Source: the human T2T-CHM13v2.0 reference genome, Homo sapiens. Taken from it: a stretch of DNA of 64,000 bases. Each line of letters opens with the position of its first letter. Position 1 is the first letter of the stretch. A program made the position numbers and the translations under genes. Shown in pieces: positions 15,001 through 30,627 of the stretch. Below the pieces are notes generated by a model. It worked only from the letters and a program-made list of their open reading frames with translations, made no database searches and was not told the origin of the DNA. The stretch lies in NCBI RefSeq assembly GCF_009914755.1, contig NC_060940.1; one strand, 5' to 3'.

Positions 15001-18000
15001 CATTCGATTCCATTCGATGATGATTGGATTCGATTCCATTTGATGATTTCATTTGATTCCATTCGTTAATGATTTCGATCAATTCCATACGATGATTCCA
15101 TTCGATTCCATTCGATAATGATTACATCCGAGTCCATTCGATGATTCCCTTTGAGCCTGTTCGATAATTCCATTTGAGTCCAACCAATGATTCCATTCAT
15201 TTCCATTCAATGATTCCATTCGAGTCCATTTGATCATTCCGGTAGGGTCCATTCGATGTTGATTCCATTGGAGTGCATTCGATGATTCCATTCGAGTCCA
15301 TTTTAGGATTTGATTCGAGTCCTTTCGATGATTCCATTCGATTCCACTCGATGATGATTTCATTCGAGTCCATTCGACACTTCCAATCGATTCCATTTGA
15401 TGATTCCATTCGAGTCCAATTGATGATTCCATTCAATTCCATTCGATGATGATTCCGTACGATTCCATTCTGTGATGATTCCATGTGATTGCATTCAATG
15501 ATGATTCCTTTCGATTGCATTCGATTATGATTCATTTCGTGTTCATTCTATGGTTCCACAGGTTTCCATTCGTGTCCATTCCATTATTCCATTCTATTCC
15601 ATTTGATGATGATTCCATTCGATTCCATTCATTGGTGATTCCACTCAATTCCATTCAATGATTCCATTCCATTTCTTTCAACAATGATTCCATTAGTTTC
15701 TAATCGATGATCCACTTGATTCCATTTGACGACGATTCCATTCTTGTCCATTCGATGATTCCATTTGATTCCATATGATGATGATTCCATTCGATTCCAT
15801 ACCATGATGATTCCATTCGAGTCCATTCAATGGTGATTCCATTCAATTCCATTCGATGATTCCTTTCGATTCCATTCGATGATGATGGCATTCGATTCCT
15901 TTCAATCATTCCCTTTGATTCCATTCCGAGGTGATTTCATTCAAGTCCATTCGATAATTGCATTCGATTCCATTCTATGATGATTCCATTCGAGTCCATT
16001 TGATGATTCCATTCAATTCAAGTCAATGATGATTCCATTCGATTCCATTCGATGATTCCATTGGATTCCATTCGATGATGATTCCATTCAAATCCATTCG
16101 ATAATTCAATTCAAGTCCATTCGATGATGATTCCAATCGAATCCATTCAAAGATTCCATTCAGTTCCATTCGATGATTCCCTTAGATTCCATTCGATGAT
16201 TCCACTTGATTGCATTTACGATGATTCCATTCGATTCCATGTGTTGATTCCATTCAATTCTATTCAATGATGTCTCCATTTGATTCCATTCGACCATGAT
16301 TGCCTTTGATTCCATTCAATGATTCCATTCGGTTCCGTTTGATGATGATTCCGTTCGATTCCATTTGATGATTCCATTTGATTCCATTGGATGAGTCCAT
16401 TCGATTACATTCGATGATTATTCCATTCGAGTGCATTAGATGATTCCATTCGAGTCCATTCGATGATTCCATTCGATTCCATTCGATGTTGATTCTGTTC
16501 AAATCCATTCGATGATTCCACTCGATTCCATTCGTTGACTCCATTTGATCCCATTCGATGATTTCCTTTGATTCCCTTTGATGATCATTCCATTTGATTC
16601 AATTCGGTGATTTCATTTGATTCCATTCAGTGATGTTTCCATTCGACTCCATTCGATGATGATTCCATTCGACTCCATTCGATTATGATTTCATTCAATT
16701 CCATTCGATAATGATTCCCTTCGAGTCCATTCGATGATTCCATTCGATTCCATTCAACGATGATTTGATTCGTGTCCATTCGATGATTCCATTTGATTCC
16801 ACTTGATGATGATTCCATTCGAGTCCATTTGATGATTCCATTCAATTCCATACTCCGATGATTTCTTTTGAGCCCACTCAATGCTTCCACTCGATTCCAT
16901 ATGATGATGACTCCATTCGATGAAATTCGATGATGATTCCATTCGCTTGCTTTCGATGATGATTCCACTTGAGTCCGTTAGAAGATTCTATTCAATTACA
17001 TTCCATGACGATTCCGTTCGAGTCCATTTGATGATTCCATTAGACTCCATTCGACGATGATTCCATTCGATGTTATTCGATGATTCCATTCGATCTCATT
17101 CGATGATGATTCCATTCAACTCCATTCGATGTTTCCATTCGAGTTCATTCTATTATTCCATTAGATTCCATTCGATGATGATTCCATTCGATTCCATTTG
17201 ATGATTGCATTCTATTTCATTTGATGATGATTCCATTCGAGTCCACTTGATGATTCCATTCGAGTCCATTTAATGAATCCATTGGTTTCAATTCTATGAT
17301 GATTACATTGGATTCCATTCGTTGATGATTTCATTCGGTTCCATTCAATGATGATTCCATTCAATTCCTTTCAATGTTTCCATTCAATTCCATACGATGA
17401 TGATTCCATTTGATTTGATTCGACAGTGAGCCATTCGATTCAATTCCATGATGATTCTATTTGATTCAATTGGTTGACATTTCCATTCGATTCCATTCGA
17501 TGATGATTCCCTTTGATTCCGTTCAAAGATGATTCCATTCTAGCCCATTCAATCATTCCATTCGATTCTATTCAATGATGATTCCATTCATGTCGATTTG
17601 GTGATTCCATTTGACTTCATTTGATGATGATTCCTTTCAAGTTCATTAGATGATTCCATTCGATTCCATTTGATGATGATCCCATTCGAGTCCATTCAGT
17701 GATTACATTCGTTTCCATTCCATGATGATTCCATTCCTTTCCATTCAATGATTCCATTCGATTCCGTTTGATGATGATTTCATTCGAGTCCATTTGATGA
17801 TTCCATTTGATTCCATTCGATGATGATTCCATTCGAGTCCATTCGATGATTCTATTCGAATCCATTTGATGATTTCTTTTGATTATATTTGGTGATGATT
17901 CCATTGGAGTCCATTCAATGATTCCATTCTATTCCAATCGATGATGATTCCATTAGAGTCCATTTAATGATTCCATTTGATTCCAGTCTCTGATGATTAC

Positions 18001-18207
18001 ATTCGAGTCCATACGATGATTCCACTCAATTCCATATGATGATGATTCCATTTGATTCCATTCGGTGATTCCATTCTATTCTAATCAATGGTGATTCCAT
18101 TCTATTCTATTCAATGGTGATTCCATTGGAGTACATTAGATGATTCCATTCGATTCCATTCAATGATGATTCTATTTGTGTCCCTTAGATGATTCCACAT
18201 GATTCCA
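12070..18207 (+). repeat. Higher-order unit 3 (6,138 bp = 6,112 + 26)
   Basis: Marker spacing; 26 bp tandem duplication at 18064-18115. Confidence 0.9.
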
Positions 18208-21200
18208 TTAGATGATGATACTATTTGAGCCCATCCAATGATTCCCTTCGATTCCATTCGATGAGGATTCCATTCGATTCAATTCATTGGTGATTCTATT
18301 CAATTCAATTCTTTGATTCCATTCCATTCCATTCGACAATGATTCCATTCGATTTCTTTCGATGATTCCACTCGATTCCACTTGACATTGATTCCATTCG
18401 ATTCCATTCAATGATTCCATTTGATTCCAGTGGATGATGATTGCCATCGATTCCATTCGATCACTCCATTCTATTCCATTTGATGATGATTACATTCGAT
18501 TCCATTTGATGATTCCATCTGATTCTATTCGAGGATTCCATTTGATTCCATTCGATGATGATTCCATTCGAGTCCATTCGATGATTTCATTCGAGTACAT
18601 CCAATGATTCCATTCGAGTCCATTAGATGATTCCATTTGATTCCATTTGAAAATGATTCTACTAGAGTCCATTCAATGACTCCATTCGAGTCCATTCAAC
18701 AATTCCATTCGACTCCATTCGATGATTCCATTCGATTCCATTTGCTGGTTCCATTCGCGTCCATTTAATCATTACAGTCGAGTCCGTTTGGTGATTCCAC
18801 TGGATTTCTTTTGATAATGATACCATTCAATTACATTTGATGATGATCCCATTCAATTTCATTTGATGATGATTCCATTAGAGTCCATTCGATGATTTCA
18901 TTCGAGTCCCTTCATTGATTCCATCCGATTTCATTGGATGATGACTCCATTCGAGTCCATTCGATGATTCCACTCGATTCCATTAGATGACTCCATTGGA
19001 GTCCATTTGATTGTTCCATTCGATTCCATTCGATTCCTTTCGAAGATTATTCCATTTGAGTCCATTCGATGATGATTCCATTCTATTCCATTCGATGATT
19101 CCGTTTGATTCCATTCGATGATTCCCTTCGATTCCTTTCTTTGATGATTCCATTCCATTCCATTCAATGATTCCATTCGAATCTATTCCATGATGATTCC
19201 TTTCGATTCCATTCGCTGATGTTTCCGTTCAATTCCATTCGATGATGATTCCATTCGATTCCATTCATTGAGGATTCCATTTGATTCCATTCAATGATGA
19301 TTCCATTGTATTCCATTCAATGATTGCATTCAATTCCATTCAATGATTATCCCATTAGGGTAAACTCAACGATTCCATTCAATACCATTCGATGATGATT
19401 CCTTTTGAGTCCATTCAATGATTTCATTCAAGTCCATTTGATGATTCCTTTCAATTCCATTCAATGATGATTCCATTCTATTCCATTCAATGATTGCATT
19501 CAATTCCATTCAATGATTATCCCATTAGAGTAAACTCAACGATTCCATTCAATACCATTCGATGATGATTCCTTTTGAGTCCATTCAATGATTTCATTCA
19601 AGTCCATTTGATGATTCCTTTCAATTCCATTCTATGATGATTCCATTCGAGTCCATTCGATGATTCCATTCGATTGCATTCGATGATTCCATTATATTCC
19701 ATTCAACGGTGATTCCATTCGAGTCCATTCCATGATTCCATTAGAGTACATTTAATGATTGCTTTGTTTTCAATTCGAAGATGATTACATTGGATTCCAT
19801 TCTATGATACCATTCGATTCCATTCAATGATGATTCCACTCAAATCCATTGGATGATTCCATTCGTGTCCATTCGGTGATTTCATTAGATTCCATTCGAG
19901 GATGATTCCATTCGATTCCATTCGATGATTCCATTCAATTCCATTCGTTGATGATTCCATTCCAGTCCATATGATCATTCCATTTGATTTCATTCGATGA
20001 TGATTCCATTCGATTCCATTCGATGATTCCATTCTATTCCATTCGATGATGATTCCATTCGAGTCCATTCGATGATTCCATTCGAGTCCATTTAATGATT
20101 CCATTGGGTTCAATTCAATGATGATTACATTGGATTCCGTTCTATGATTCCATTCAATTCCGTTCATTGACAATTTGATTCCATTCGATGATGATTCCAT
20201 TTGAGTTCATTCGATGATTCTATTCGATTCTCTTCGATGGTGATTCAATTCTATTATATTGGATGATTCCATTCGATTCCATTTGATGTTGATTCAATTC
20301 GATTCTATTCGATGATGATTCCATTGGATTTCACTTGATGATTCTATTCGATTCCATTCAATGATGATTCACTTCTCGTCCATTGGATGATTCCATTTCA
20401 TTCCATTCGATGATGATTCCATTCGATTCCATTCGATGATTCCATTTGATTCCATGCGACGGTGAGCAATTCGATTCAATTCCATGATGATTCTATTTGA
20501 TTCAATTAGATGATGTTTCCATTCGAATCCATTCCATGATTATTCCATTGGAATCCATTCGGCGATGATTCCATATGAGTCAATTCAATGATGATTCCAT
20601 ATGGGTCCGTTCGATGATAATTCCATTTGATTTCATTCGATGCTTCTATTCTATTCCAGTCGATGATGATTCCGTTGGAGTCCATACGATGATTCCATTT
20701 GATTTCATTTGATGATGATTCCATTCGATGACGATTACATTGGATTCCATTCTATGATTCCATTCAATTCCATTCGTTGATGATTCGATTCCATTCAATG
20801 ATGATTCCATTTGAGTTCATTCGATGATTCTATTCGATTCCGTTCGATGGTGATTCAATTCTATTATATTGGATGATTCCACTCGATTCCATTTGATGAT
20901 TATTCCATTGGAGTCCACTTAGTGAATCCTTTAGATTCTACTCGACGATGATTCCATTCGAGTCCATTCGATGATACCATTCAATTCCATTCGTTGATGC
21001 TTCCATTCAAGTGCATTCGATGATATCATTCGATTCCATTTGATGATAATTCCATTTGATTCCATGCGATGATTCTATTCGATTCCATTCAATGATAATT
21101 CCATTCAATTCAGTGATTCCTCTGGACTCCATTTGATGATGATTCCATTCAATGATTCCATTCGATTCTATTCGAAAATGATTCCATTTGAATCCATTTG

Positions 21201-24200
21201 ATGATGATTCCATTAGATTCCATTTGATGATTCCATTCGATTCCATTCGACGATGATTCCATTCGATTCCGTTTGATGATTCCATTCTATTCTATTCGAT
21301 GATGATTCCATTCGATTCCATTCGATGATGATTGGATTCGATTCCATTGGATGATTTCATTTGATTCCATTCGTTAATGATTTCGATCAATTCCATTCGA
21401 TGATTCCATTCGATTCCATTCGATAATGATTACATCCGAGTCCATTCGATGATTCCCTTTGAGCCTGTTCGATAATTCCATTTGAGTCCAACCAATGATT
21501 CCATTCATTTCCATTCAATGATTCCATTCGAGTCCATTTGATCATTCCGGTAGGGTCCATTCGATGTTGATTCCATTGGAGTGCATTCGATGATTCCATT
21601 CGAGTCCATTTTAGGATTTGATTCGAGTCCTTTCGATGATTCCATTCGATTCCACTCGATGATGATTTCATTCGAGTCCATTCGACACTTCCAATCGATT
21701 CCATTTGATGATTCCATTCGAGTCCAATTGATGATTCCATTCAATTCCATTCGATGATGATTCCGTACGATTCCATTCTGTGATGATTCCATGTGATTGC
21801 ATTCAATGATGATTCCTTTCGATTGCATTCGATTATGATTCATTTCGTGTTCATTCTATGGTTCCACAGGTTTCCATTCGTGTCCATTCCATTATTCCAT
21901 TCTATTCCATTTGATGATGATTCCATTCGATTCCATTCATTGGTGATTCCACTCAATTCCATTCAATGATTCCATTCCATTTCTTTCAACAATGATTCCA
22001 TTAGTTTCTAATCGATGATCCACTTGATTCCATTTGACGACGATTCCATTCTTGTCCATTCGATGATTCCATTTGATTCCATATGATGATGATTCCATTC
22101 GATTCCATACCATGATGATTCCATTCGAGTCCATTCAATGGTGATTCCATTCAATTCCATTCGATGATTCCTTTCGATTCCATTCGATGATGATGGCATT
22201 CGATTCCTTTCAATCATTCCCTTTGATTCCATTCAAAGGTGATTTCATTCAAGTCCATTCGATAATTGCATTCGATTCCATTCTATGATGATTCCATTCG
22301 AGTCCATTTGATGATTCCATTCAATTCAAGTCAATGATGATTCCATTCGATTCCATTCGATGATTCCATTGGATTCCATTCGATGATGATTCCATTCAAA
22401 TCCTTTCGATAATTCAATTCAAGTCCATTCGATGATGATTCCAATCGAATCCATTCAAAGATTCCATTCAGTTCCATTCGATGATTCCCTTAGATTCCAT
22501 TCGATGATTCCACTTGATTGCATTTACGATGATTCCATTCGATTCCATGTGATGATTCCATTCAATTCTATTCAATGATGTCTCCATTTGATTCCATTCG
22601 ACCATGATTGCCTTTGATTCCATTCAATGATTCCATTCGGTTCCGTTTGATGATGATTCCGTTCGATTCCATTTGATGATTCCATTTGATTCCATTGGAT
22701 GGGTCCATTCGATTACATTCGATGATTATTCCATTCGAGTGCATTAGATGATTCCATTCGAGTCCATTCGATGATTCCATTCGATTCCATTCGATGTTGA
22801 TTCTGTTCAAATCCATTCGATGATTCCACTCGATTCCATTCGTTGACTCCATTTGATCCCATTCGATGATTTCCTTTGATTCCCTTTGATGATCATTCCA
22901 TTTGATTCAATTCGGTGATTTCATTTGATTCCATTCAGTGATGTTTCCATTCGACTCCATTCGATGATGATTCCATTCGACTCCATTCGATTATGATTTC
23001 ATTCAATTCCATTCGATAATGATTCCCTTCGAGTCCATTCGATGATTCCATTCGATTCCATTCAACGATGTTTTGATTCGTGTCCATTCGATGATTCCAT
23101 TTGATTCCACTTGATGATGATTCCATTCGAGTCCATTTGATGATTCCATTCAATTCCATACTCCGATGATTTCTTTTGAGCCCACTCAATGCTTCCACTC
23201 GATTCCATATGATGATGACTCCATTCGATGAAATTCGATGATGATTCCATTCGCTTGCTTTCGATGATGATTCCACTTGAGTCCGTTAGAAGATTCTATT
23301 CAATTACATTCCATGACGATTCCGTTCGAGTCCATTTGATGATTCCATTAGACTCCATTCGACGATGATTCCATTCGATGTTATTCCATGATTCCATTCG
23401 ATATCAATCGATGATGATTCCATTCAACTCCATTCGATGTTTCCATTCGAGTTCATTCTATTATTGCATTAGATTCCACTCGATGATGATTCCATTCGAT
23501 TCCATTTGATGATTGCATTCTATTTCATTTGATGATGATTCCATTCGAGTCCACTCGATGATTCCATTCGAGTCCATTTAATGAATCCATTGGTTTCAAT
23601 TCTATGATGATTACATTGGATTCCATTCGTTGATGATTTCATTCGGTTCCATTCAATGATGATTCCATTCAATTCCTTTCAATGTTTCCATTCAATTCCA
23701 TACGATGATGATTCCATTTGATTTGATTCGACAGTGAGCCATTCGATTCAATTCCATGATGATTCTATTTGATTCAATTGGTTGACATTTCCATTCGATT
23801 CCATTCGATGATGATTCCCTTTGATTCCGTTCAAAGATGATTCCATTCTAGCCCATTCAATCATTCCATTCGATTCTATTCAATGATGATTCCATTCATG
23901 TCGATTTGGTGATTCCATTTGACTTCATTTGATGATGATTCCTTTCAAGTTCATTAGATGATTCCATTCGATTCCATTTGATGATGATCCCATTCGAGTC
24001 CATTCAGTGATTCCATTCGTTTCCATTCCATGATGATTCCATTCCTTTCCATTCAATGATTCCATTCGATTCCGTTTGATGATGATTTCATTCGAGTCCA
24101 TTTGATGATTCCATTTGATTCCATTCGATGATGATTCCATTCGAGTCCATTCGATGATTCTATTCGAATCCATTTGATGATTTCTTTTGATTATATTTGG

Positions 24201-24515
24201 TGATGATTCCATTGGAGTCCATTCAATGATTCCATTCTATTCCAATCGATGATGATTCCATTAGAGTCCATTTAATGATTCCATTTGATTCCAGTCTCTG
24301 ATGATTACATTCGAGTCCATACGATGATTCCACTCAATTCCATATGATGATGATTCCATTTGATTCCATTCGGTGATTCCATTCTATTCTAATCAATGGT
24401 GATTCCATTCTATTCTATTCAATGGTGATTCCATTGGAGTACATTAGATGATTCCATTCGATTCCATTCAATGATGATTCTATTTGTGTCCCTTAGATGA
24501 TTCCACATGATTCCA
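18208..24515 (+). repeat. Higher-order unit 4 (6,308 bp = 6,112 + 170 + 26)
   Basis: Marker spacing; 170 bp duplication at 19293-19632 and 26 bp duplication at 24372-24423. Confidence 0.9.
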
Positions 24516-27500
24516 TTAGATGATGATACTATTTGAGCCCATCCAATGATTCCCTTCGATTCCATTCGATGAGGATTCCATTCGATTCAATTCATTGGTG
24601 ATTCTATTCAATTCAATTCTTTGATTCCATTCCATTCCATTCGACAATGATTCCATTCGATTTCTTTCGATGATTCCACTCGATTCCACTTGACATTGAT
24701 TCCATTCGATTCCATTCAATGATTCCATTTGATTCCAGTGGATGATGATTGCCATCGATTCCATTCGATCACTCCATTCTATTCCATTTGATGATGATTA
24801 CATTCGATTCCATTTGATGATTCCATCTGATTCTATTCGAGGATTCCATTTGATTCCATTCGATGATGATTCCATTCGAGTCCATTCGATGATTTCATTC
24901 GAGTACATCCAATGATTCCATTCGAGTCCATTAGATGATTCCATTTGATTCCATTTGAAAATGATTCTACTAGAGTCCATTCAATGACTCCATTCGAGTC
25001 CATTCAACAATTCCATTCGACTCCATTCGATGATTCCATTCGATTCCATTTGATGGTTCCATTCGCGTCCATTTAATCATTACAGTCGAGTCCGTTTGGT
25101 GATTCCACTGGATTTCTTTTGATAATGATACCATTCAATTACATTTGATGATGATCCCATTCAATTTCATTTGATGATGATTCCATTAGAGTCCATTCGA
25201 TGATTTCATTCGAGTCCCTTCATTGATTCCATCCGATTTCATTGGATGATGACTCCATTCGAGTCCATTCGATGATTCCACTCGATTCCATTAGATGACT
25301 CCATTGGAGTCCATTTGATTGTTCCATTCGATTCCATTCGATTCCTTTCGAAGATTATTCCATTTGAGTCCATTCGATGATGATTCCATTCTATTCCATT
25401 CGATGATTCCGTTTGATTCCATTCGATGATTCCCTTCGATTCCTTTCTTTGATGATTCCATTCCATTCCATTCAATGATTCCATTCGAATCTATTCCATG
25501 ATGATTCCTTTCGATTCCATTCGCTGATGTTTCCGTTCAATTCCATTCGATGATGATTCCATTCGATTCCATTCATTGAGGATTCCATTTGATTCCATTC
25601 AATGATGATTCCATTGTATTCCATTCAATGATTGCATTCAATTCCATTCAATGATTATCCCATTAGGGTAAACTCAACGATTCCATTCAATACCATTCGA
25701 TGATGATTCCTTTTGAGTCCATTCAATGATTTCATTCAAGTCCATTTGATGATTCCTTTCAATTCCATTCTATGATGATTCCATTCGAGTCCATTCGATG
25801 ATTCCATTCGATTGCATTCGATGATTCCATTATATTCCATTCAACGGTGATTCCATTCGAGTCCATTCCATGATTCCATTAGAGTACATTTAATGATTGC
25901 TTTGTTTTCAATTCGAAGATGATTACATTGGATTCCATTCTATGATACCATTCGATTCCATTCAATGATGATTCCACTCAAATCCATTGGATGATTCCAT
26001 TCGTGTCCATTCGGTGATTTCATTAGATTCCATTCGAGGATGATTCCATTCGATTCCATTCGATGATTCCATTCAATTCCATTCGTTGATGATTCCATTG
26101 CAGTCCATATGATCATTCCATTTGATTTCATTCGATGATGATTCCATTCGATTCGATTCGACGATTCCATTATATTCCATTCGATGATGATTCCATTCGA
26201 GTCCATTCGATGATTCCATTCGAGTCCATTTAATGATTCCATTGGGTTCAATTCAATGATGATTACATTGGATTCCGTTCTATGATTCCATTCAATTCCG
26301 TTCATTGACAATTTGATTCCATTCGATGATGATTCCATTTGAGTTCATTCGATGATTCTATTCGATTCTCTTCGATGGTGATTCAATTCTATTATATTGG
26401 ATGATTCCATTCGATTCCATTTGATGTTGATTCAATTCGATTCTATTCGATGATGATTCCATTGGATTTCACTTGATGATTCTATTCGATTCCATTCAAT
26501 GATGATTCACTTCTCGTCCATTGGATGATTCCATTTCATTCCATTCGATGATGATTCCATTCGATTCCATTCGATGATTCCATTTGATTCCATGCGACGG
26601 TGAGCAATTCGATTCAATTCCATGATGATTCTATTTGATTCAATTAGATGATGTTTCCATTCGAATCCATTCCATGATTATTCCATTGGAATCCATTCGG
26701 CGATGATTCCATATGAGTCAATTCAATGATGATTCCATATGGGTCCGTTCGATGATAATTCCATTTGATTTCATTCGATGCTTCTATTCTATTCCAGTCG
26801 ATGATGATTCCGTTGGAGTCCATACGATGATTCCATTTGATTTCATTTGATGATGATTCCATTCGATGACGATTACATTGGATTCCATTCTATGATTCCA
26901 TTCAATTCCATTCGTTGATGATTCGATTCCATTCAATGATGATTCCATTTGAGTTCATTCGATGATTCTATTCGATTCCGTTCGATGGTGATTCAATTCT
27001 ATTATATTGGATGATTCCACTCGATTCCATTTGATGATTATTCCATTGGAGTCCACTTAGTGAATCCTTTAGATTCTACTCGACGATGATTCCATTCGAG
27101 TCCATTCGATGATACCATTCAATTCCATTCGTTGATGCTTCCATTCAAGTGCATTCGATGATATCATTCGATTCCATTTGATGATAATTCCATTTGATTC
27201 CATGCGATGATTCTATTCGATTCCATTCAATGATAATTCCATTCAATTCAGTGATTCCTCTGGACTCCATTTGATGATGATTCCATTCAATGATTCCATT
27301 CGATTCTATTCGAAAATGATTCCATTTGAATCCATTTGATGATGATTCCATTAGATTCCATTTGATGATTCCATTCGATTCCATTCGACGATGATTCCAT
27401 TCGATTCCGTTTGATGATTCCATTCTATTCTATTCGATGATGATTCCATTCGATTCCATTCGATGATGATTGGATTCGATTCCATTTGATGATTTCATTT

Positions 27501-30500
27501 GATTCCATTCGTTAATGATTTCGATCAATTCCATTCGATGATTCCATTCGATTCCATTCGATAATGATTACATCCGAGTCCATTCGATGATTCCCTTTGA
27601 GCCTGTTCGATAATTCCATTTGAGTCCAACCAATGATTCCATTCATTTCCATTCAATGATTCCATTCGAGTCCATTTGATCATTCCGGTAGGGTCCATTC
27701 GATGTTGATTCCATTGGAGTGCATTCGATGATTCCATTCGAGTCCATTTTAGGATTTGATTCGAGTCCTTTCGATGATTCCATTCGATTCCACTCGATGA
27801 TGATTTCATTCGAGTCCATTCGACACTTCCAATCGATTCCATTTGATGATTCCATTCGAGTCCAATTGATGATTCCATTCAATTCCATTCGATGATGATT
27901 CCGTACGATTCCATTCTGTGATGATTCCATGTGATTGCATTCAATGATGATTCCTTTCGATTGCATTCGATTATGATTCATTTCGTGTTCATTCTATGGT
28001 TCCACAGGTTTCCATTCGTGTCCATTCCATTATTCCATTCTATTCCATTTGATGATGATTCCATTCGATTCCATTCATTGGTGATTCCACTCAATTCCAT
28101 TCAATGATTCCATTCCATTTCTTTCAACAATGATTCCATTAGTTTCTAATCGATGATCCACTTGATTCCATTTGACGACGATTCCATTCTTGTCCATTCG
28201 ATGATTCCATTTGATTCCATATGATGATGATTCCATTCGATTCCATACCATGATGATTCCATTCGAGTCCATTCAATGGTGATTCCATTCAATTCCATTC
28301 GATGATTCCTTTCGATTCCATTCGATGATGATGGCATTCGATTCCTTTCAATCATTCCCTTTGATTCCATTCAAAGGTGATTTCATTCAAGTCCATTCGA
28401 TAATTGCATTCGATTCCATTCTATGATGATTCCATTCGAGTCCATTTGATGATTCCATTCAATTCAAGTCAATGATGATTCCATTCGATTCCATTCGATG
28501 ATTCCATTGGATTCCATTCGATGATGATTCCATTCAAATCCTTTCGATAATTCAATTCAAGTCCATTCGATGATGATTCCAATCGAATCCATTCAAAGAT
28601 TCCATTCAGTTCCATTCGATGATTCCCTTAGATTCCATTCGATGATTCCACTTGATTGCATTTACGATGATTCCATTCGATTCCATGTGATGATTCCATT
28701 CAATTCTATTCAATGATGTCTCCATTTGATTCCATTCGACCATGATTGCCTTTGATTCCATTCAATGATTCCATTCGGTTCCGTTTGATGATGATTCCGT
28801 TCGATTCCATTTGATGATTCCATTTGATTCCATTGGATGGGTCCATTCGATTACATTCGATGATTATTCCATTCGAGTGCATTAGATGATTCCATTCGAG
28901 TCCATTCGATGATTCCATTCGATTCCATTCGATGTTGATTCTGTTCAAATCCATTCGATGATTCCACTCGATTCCATTCGTTGACTCCATTTGATCCCAT
29001 TCGATGATTTCCTTTGATTCCCTTTGATGATCATTCCATTTGATTCAATTCGGTGATTTCATTCGATTCCATTCAGTGATGTTTCCATTCGACTCCATTC
29101 GATGATGATTCCATTCGACTCCATTCGATTATGATTTCATTCAATTCCATTCGATAATGATTCCCTTCGAGTCCATTCGATGATTCCATTCGATTCCATT
29201 CAACGATGTTTTGATTCGTGTCCATTCGATGATTCCATTTGATTCCACTTGATGATGATTCCATTCGAGTCCATTTGATGATTCCATTCAATTCCATACT
29301 CCGATGATTTCTTTTGAGCCCACTCAATGCTTCCACTCGATTCCATATGATGATGACTCCATTCGATGAAATTCGATGATGATTCCATTCGCTTGCTTTC
29401 GATGATGATTCCACTTGAGTCCGTTAGAAGATTCTATTCAATTACATTCCATGACGATTCCGTTCGAGTCCATTTGATGATTCCATTAGACTCCATTCGA
29501 CGATGATTCCTTTCGATGTTATTCCATGATTCCATTCGATATCAATCGATGATGATTCCATTCAACTCCATTCGATGTTTCCATTCGAGTTCATTCTATT
29601 ATTGCATTAGATTCCATTCGATGATGATTCCATTCGATTCCATTTGATGATTGCATTCTGTTTCATTTGATGATGATTCCATTCGAGTCCACTCGATGAT
29701 TCCATTCGAGTCCATTTAATGAATCCATTGGTTTCAATTCTATGATGATTACATTGGATTCCATTCGTTGATGATTTCATTCGGTTCCATTCAATGATGA
29801 TTCCATTCAATTCCTTTCAATGTTTCCATTCAATTCCATACGATGATGATTCCATTTGATTTGATTCGACAGTGAGCCATTCGATTCAATTCCATGATGA
29901 TTCTATTTGATTCAATTGGTTGACATTTCCATTCGATTCCATTCGATGATGATTCCCTTTGATTCCGTTCAAAGATGATTCCATTCTAGCCCATTCAATC
30001 ATTCCATTCGATTCTATTCAATGATGATTCCATTCATGTCGATTTGGTGATTCCATTTGACTTCATTTGATGATGATTCCTTTCAAGTTCATTAGATGAT
30101 TCCATTCGATTCCATTTGATGATGATCCCATTCGAGTCCATTCAGTGATTCCATTCGTTTCCATTCCATGATGATTCCATTCCTTTCCATTCAATGATTC
30201 CATTCGATTCCGTTTGATGATGATTTCATTCGAGTCCATTTGATGATTCCATTTGATTCCATTCGATGATGATTCCATTCGAGTCCATTCGATGATTCTA
30301 TTCGAATCCATTTGATGATTTCTTTTGATTATATTTGGTGATGATTCCATTGGAGTCCATTCAATGATTCCATTCGATTCCAATCGATGATGATTCCATT
30401 AGAGTCCATTTAATGATTCCATTTGATTCCAGTCTCTGATGATTACATTCGAGTCCATACGATGATTCCACTCAATTCCATATGATGATGATTCCATTTG

Positions 30501-30627
30501 ATTCCATTCGGTGATTCCATTCTATTCTATTCAATGGTGATTCCATTCGAGTACATTAGATGATTCCATTCGATTCCATTCAATGATGATTCTATTTGTG
30601 TCCCTTAGATGATTCCACATGATTCCA
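24516..30627 (+). repeat. Higher-order unit 5, canonical length 6,112 bp
   Basis: Marker spacing 24516->30628. Confidence 0.9.

Noticed and set aside
19293-19632. 170 bp repeat as alpha satellite or a nucleosome-phased unit
   Set aside because: The sequence is HSat2 with no alphoid similarity or CENP-B box, and one event cannot support a nucleosome-length bias.
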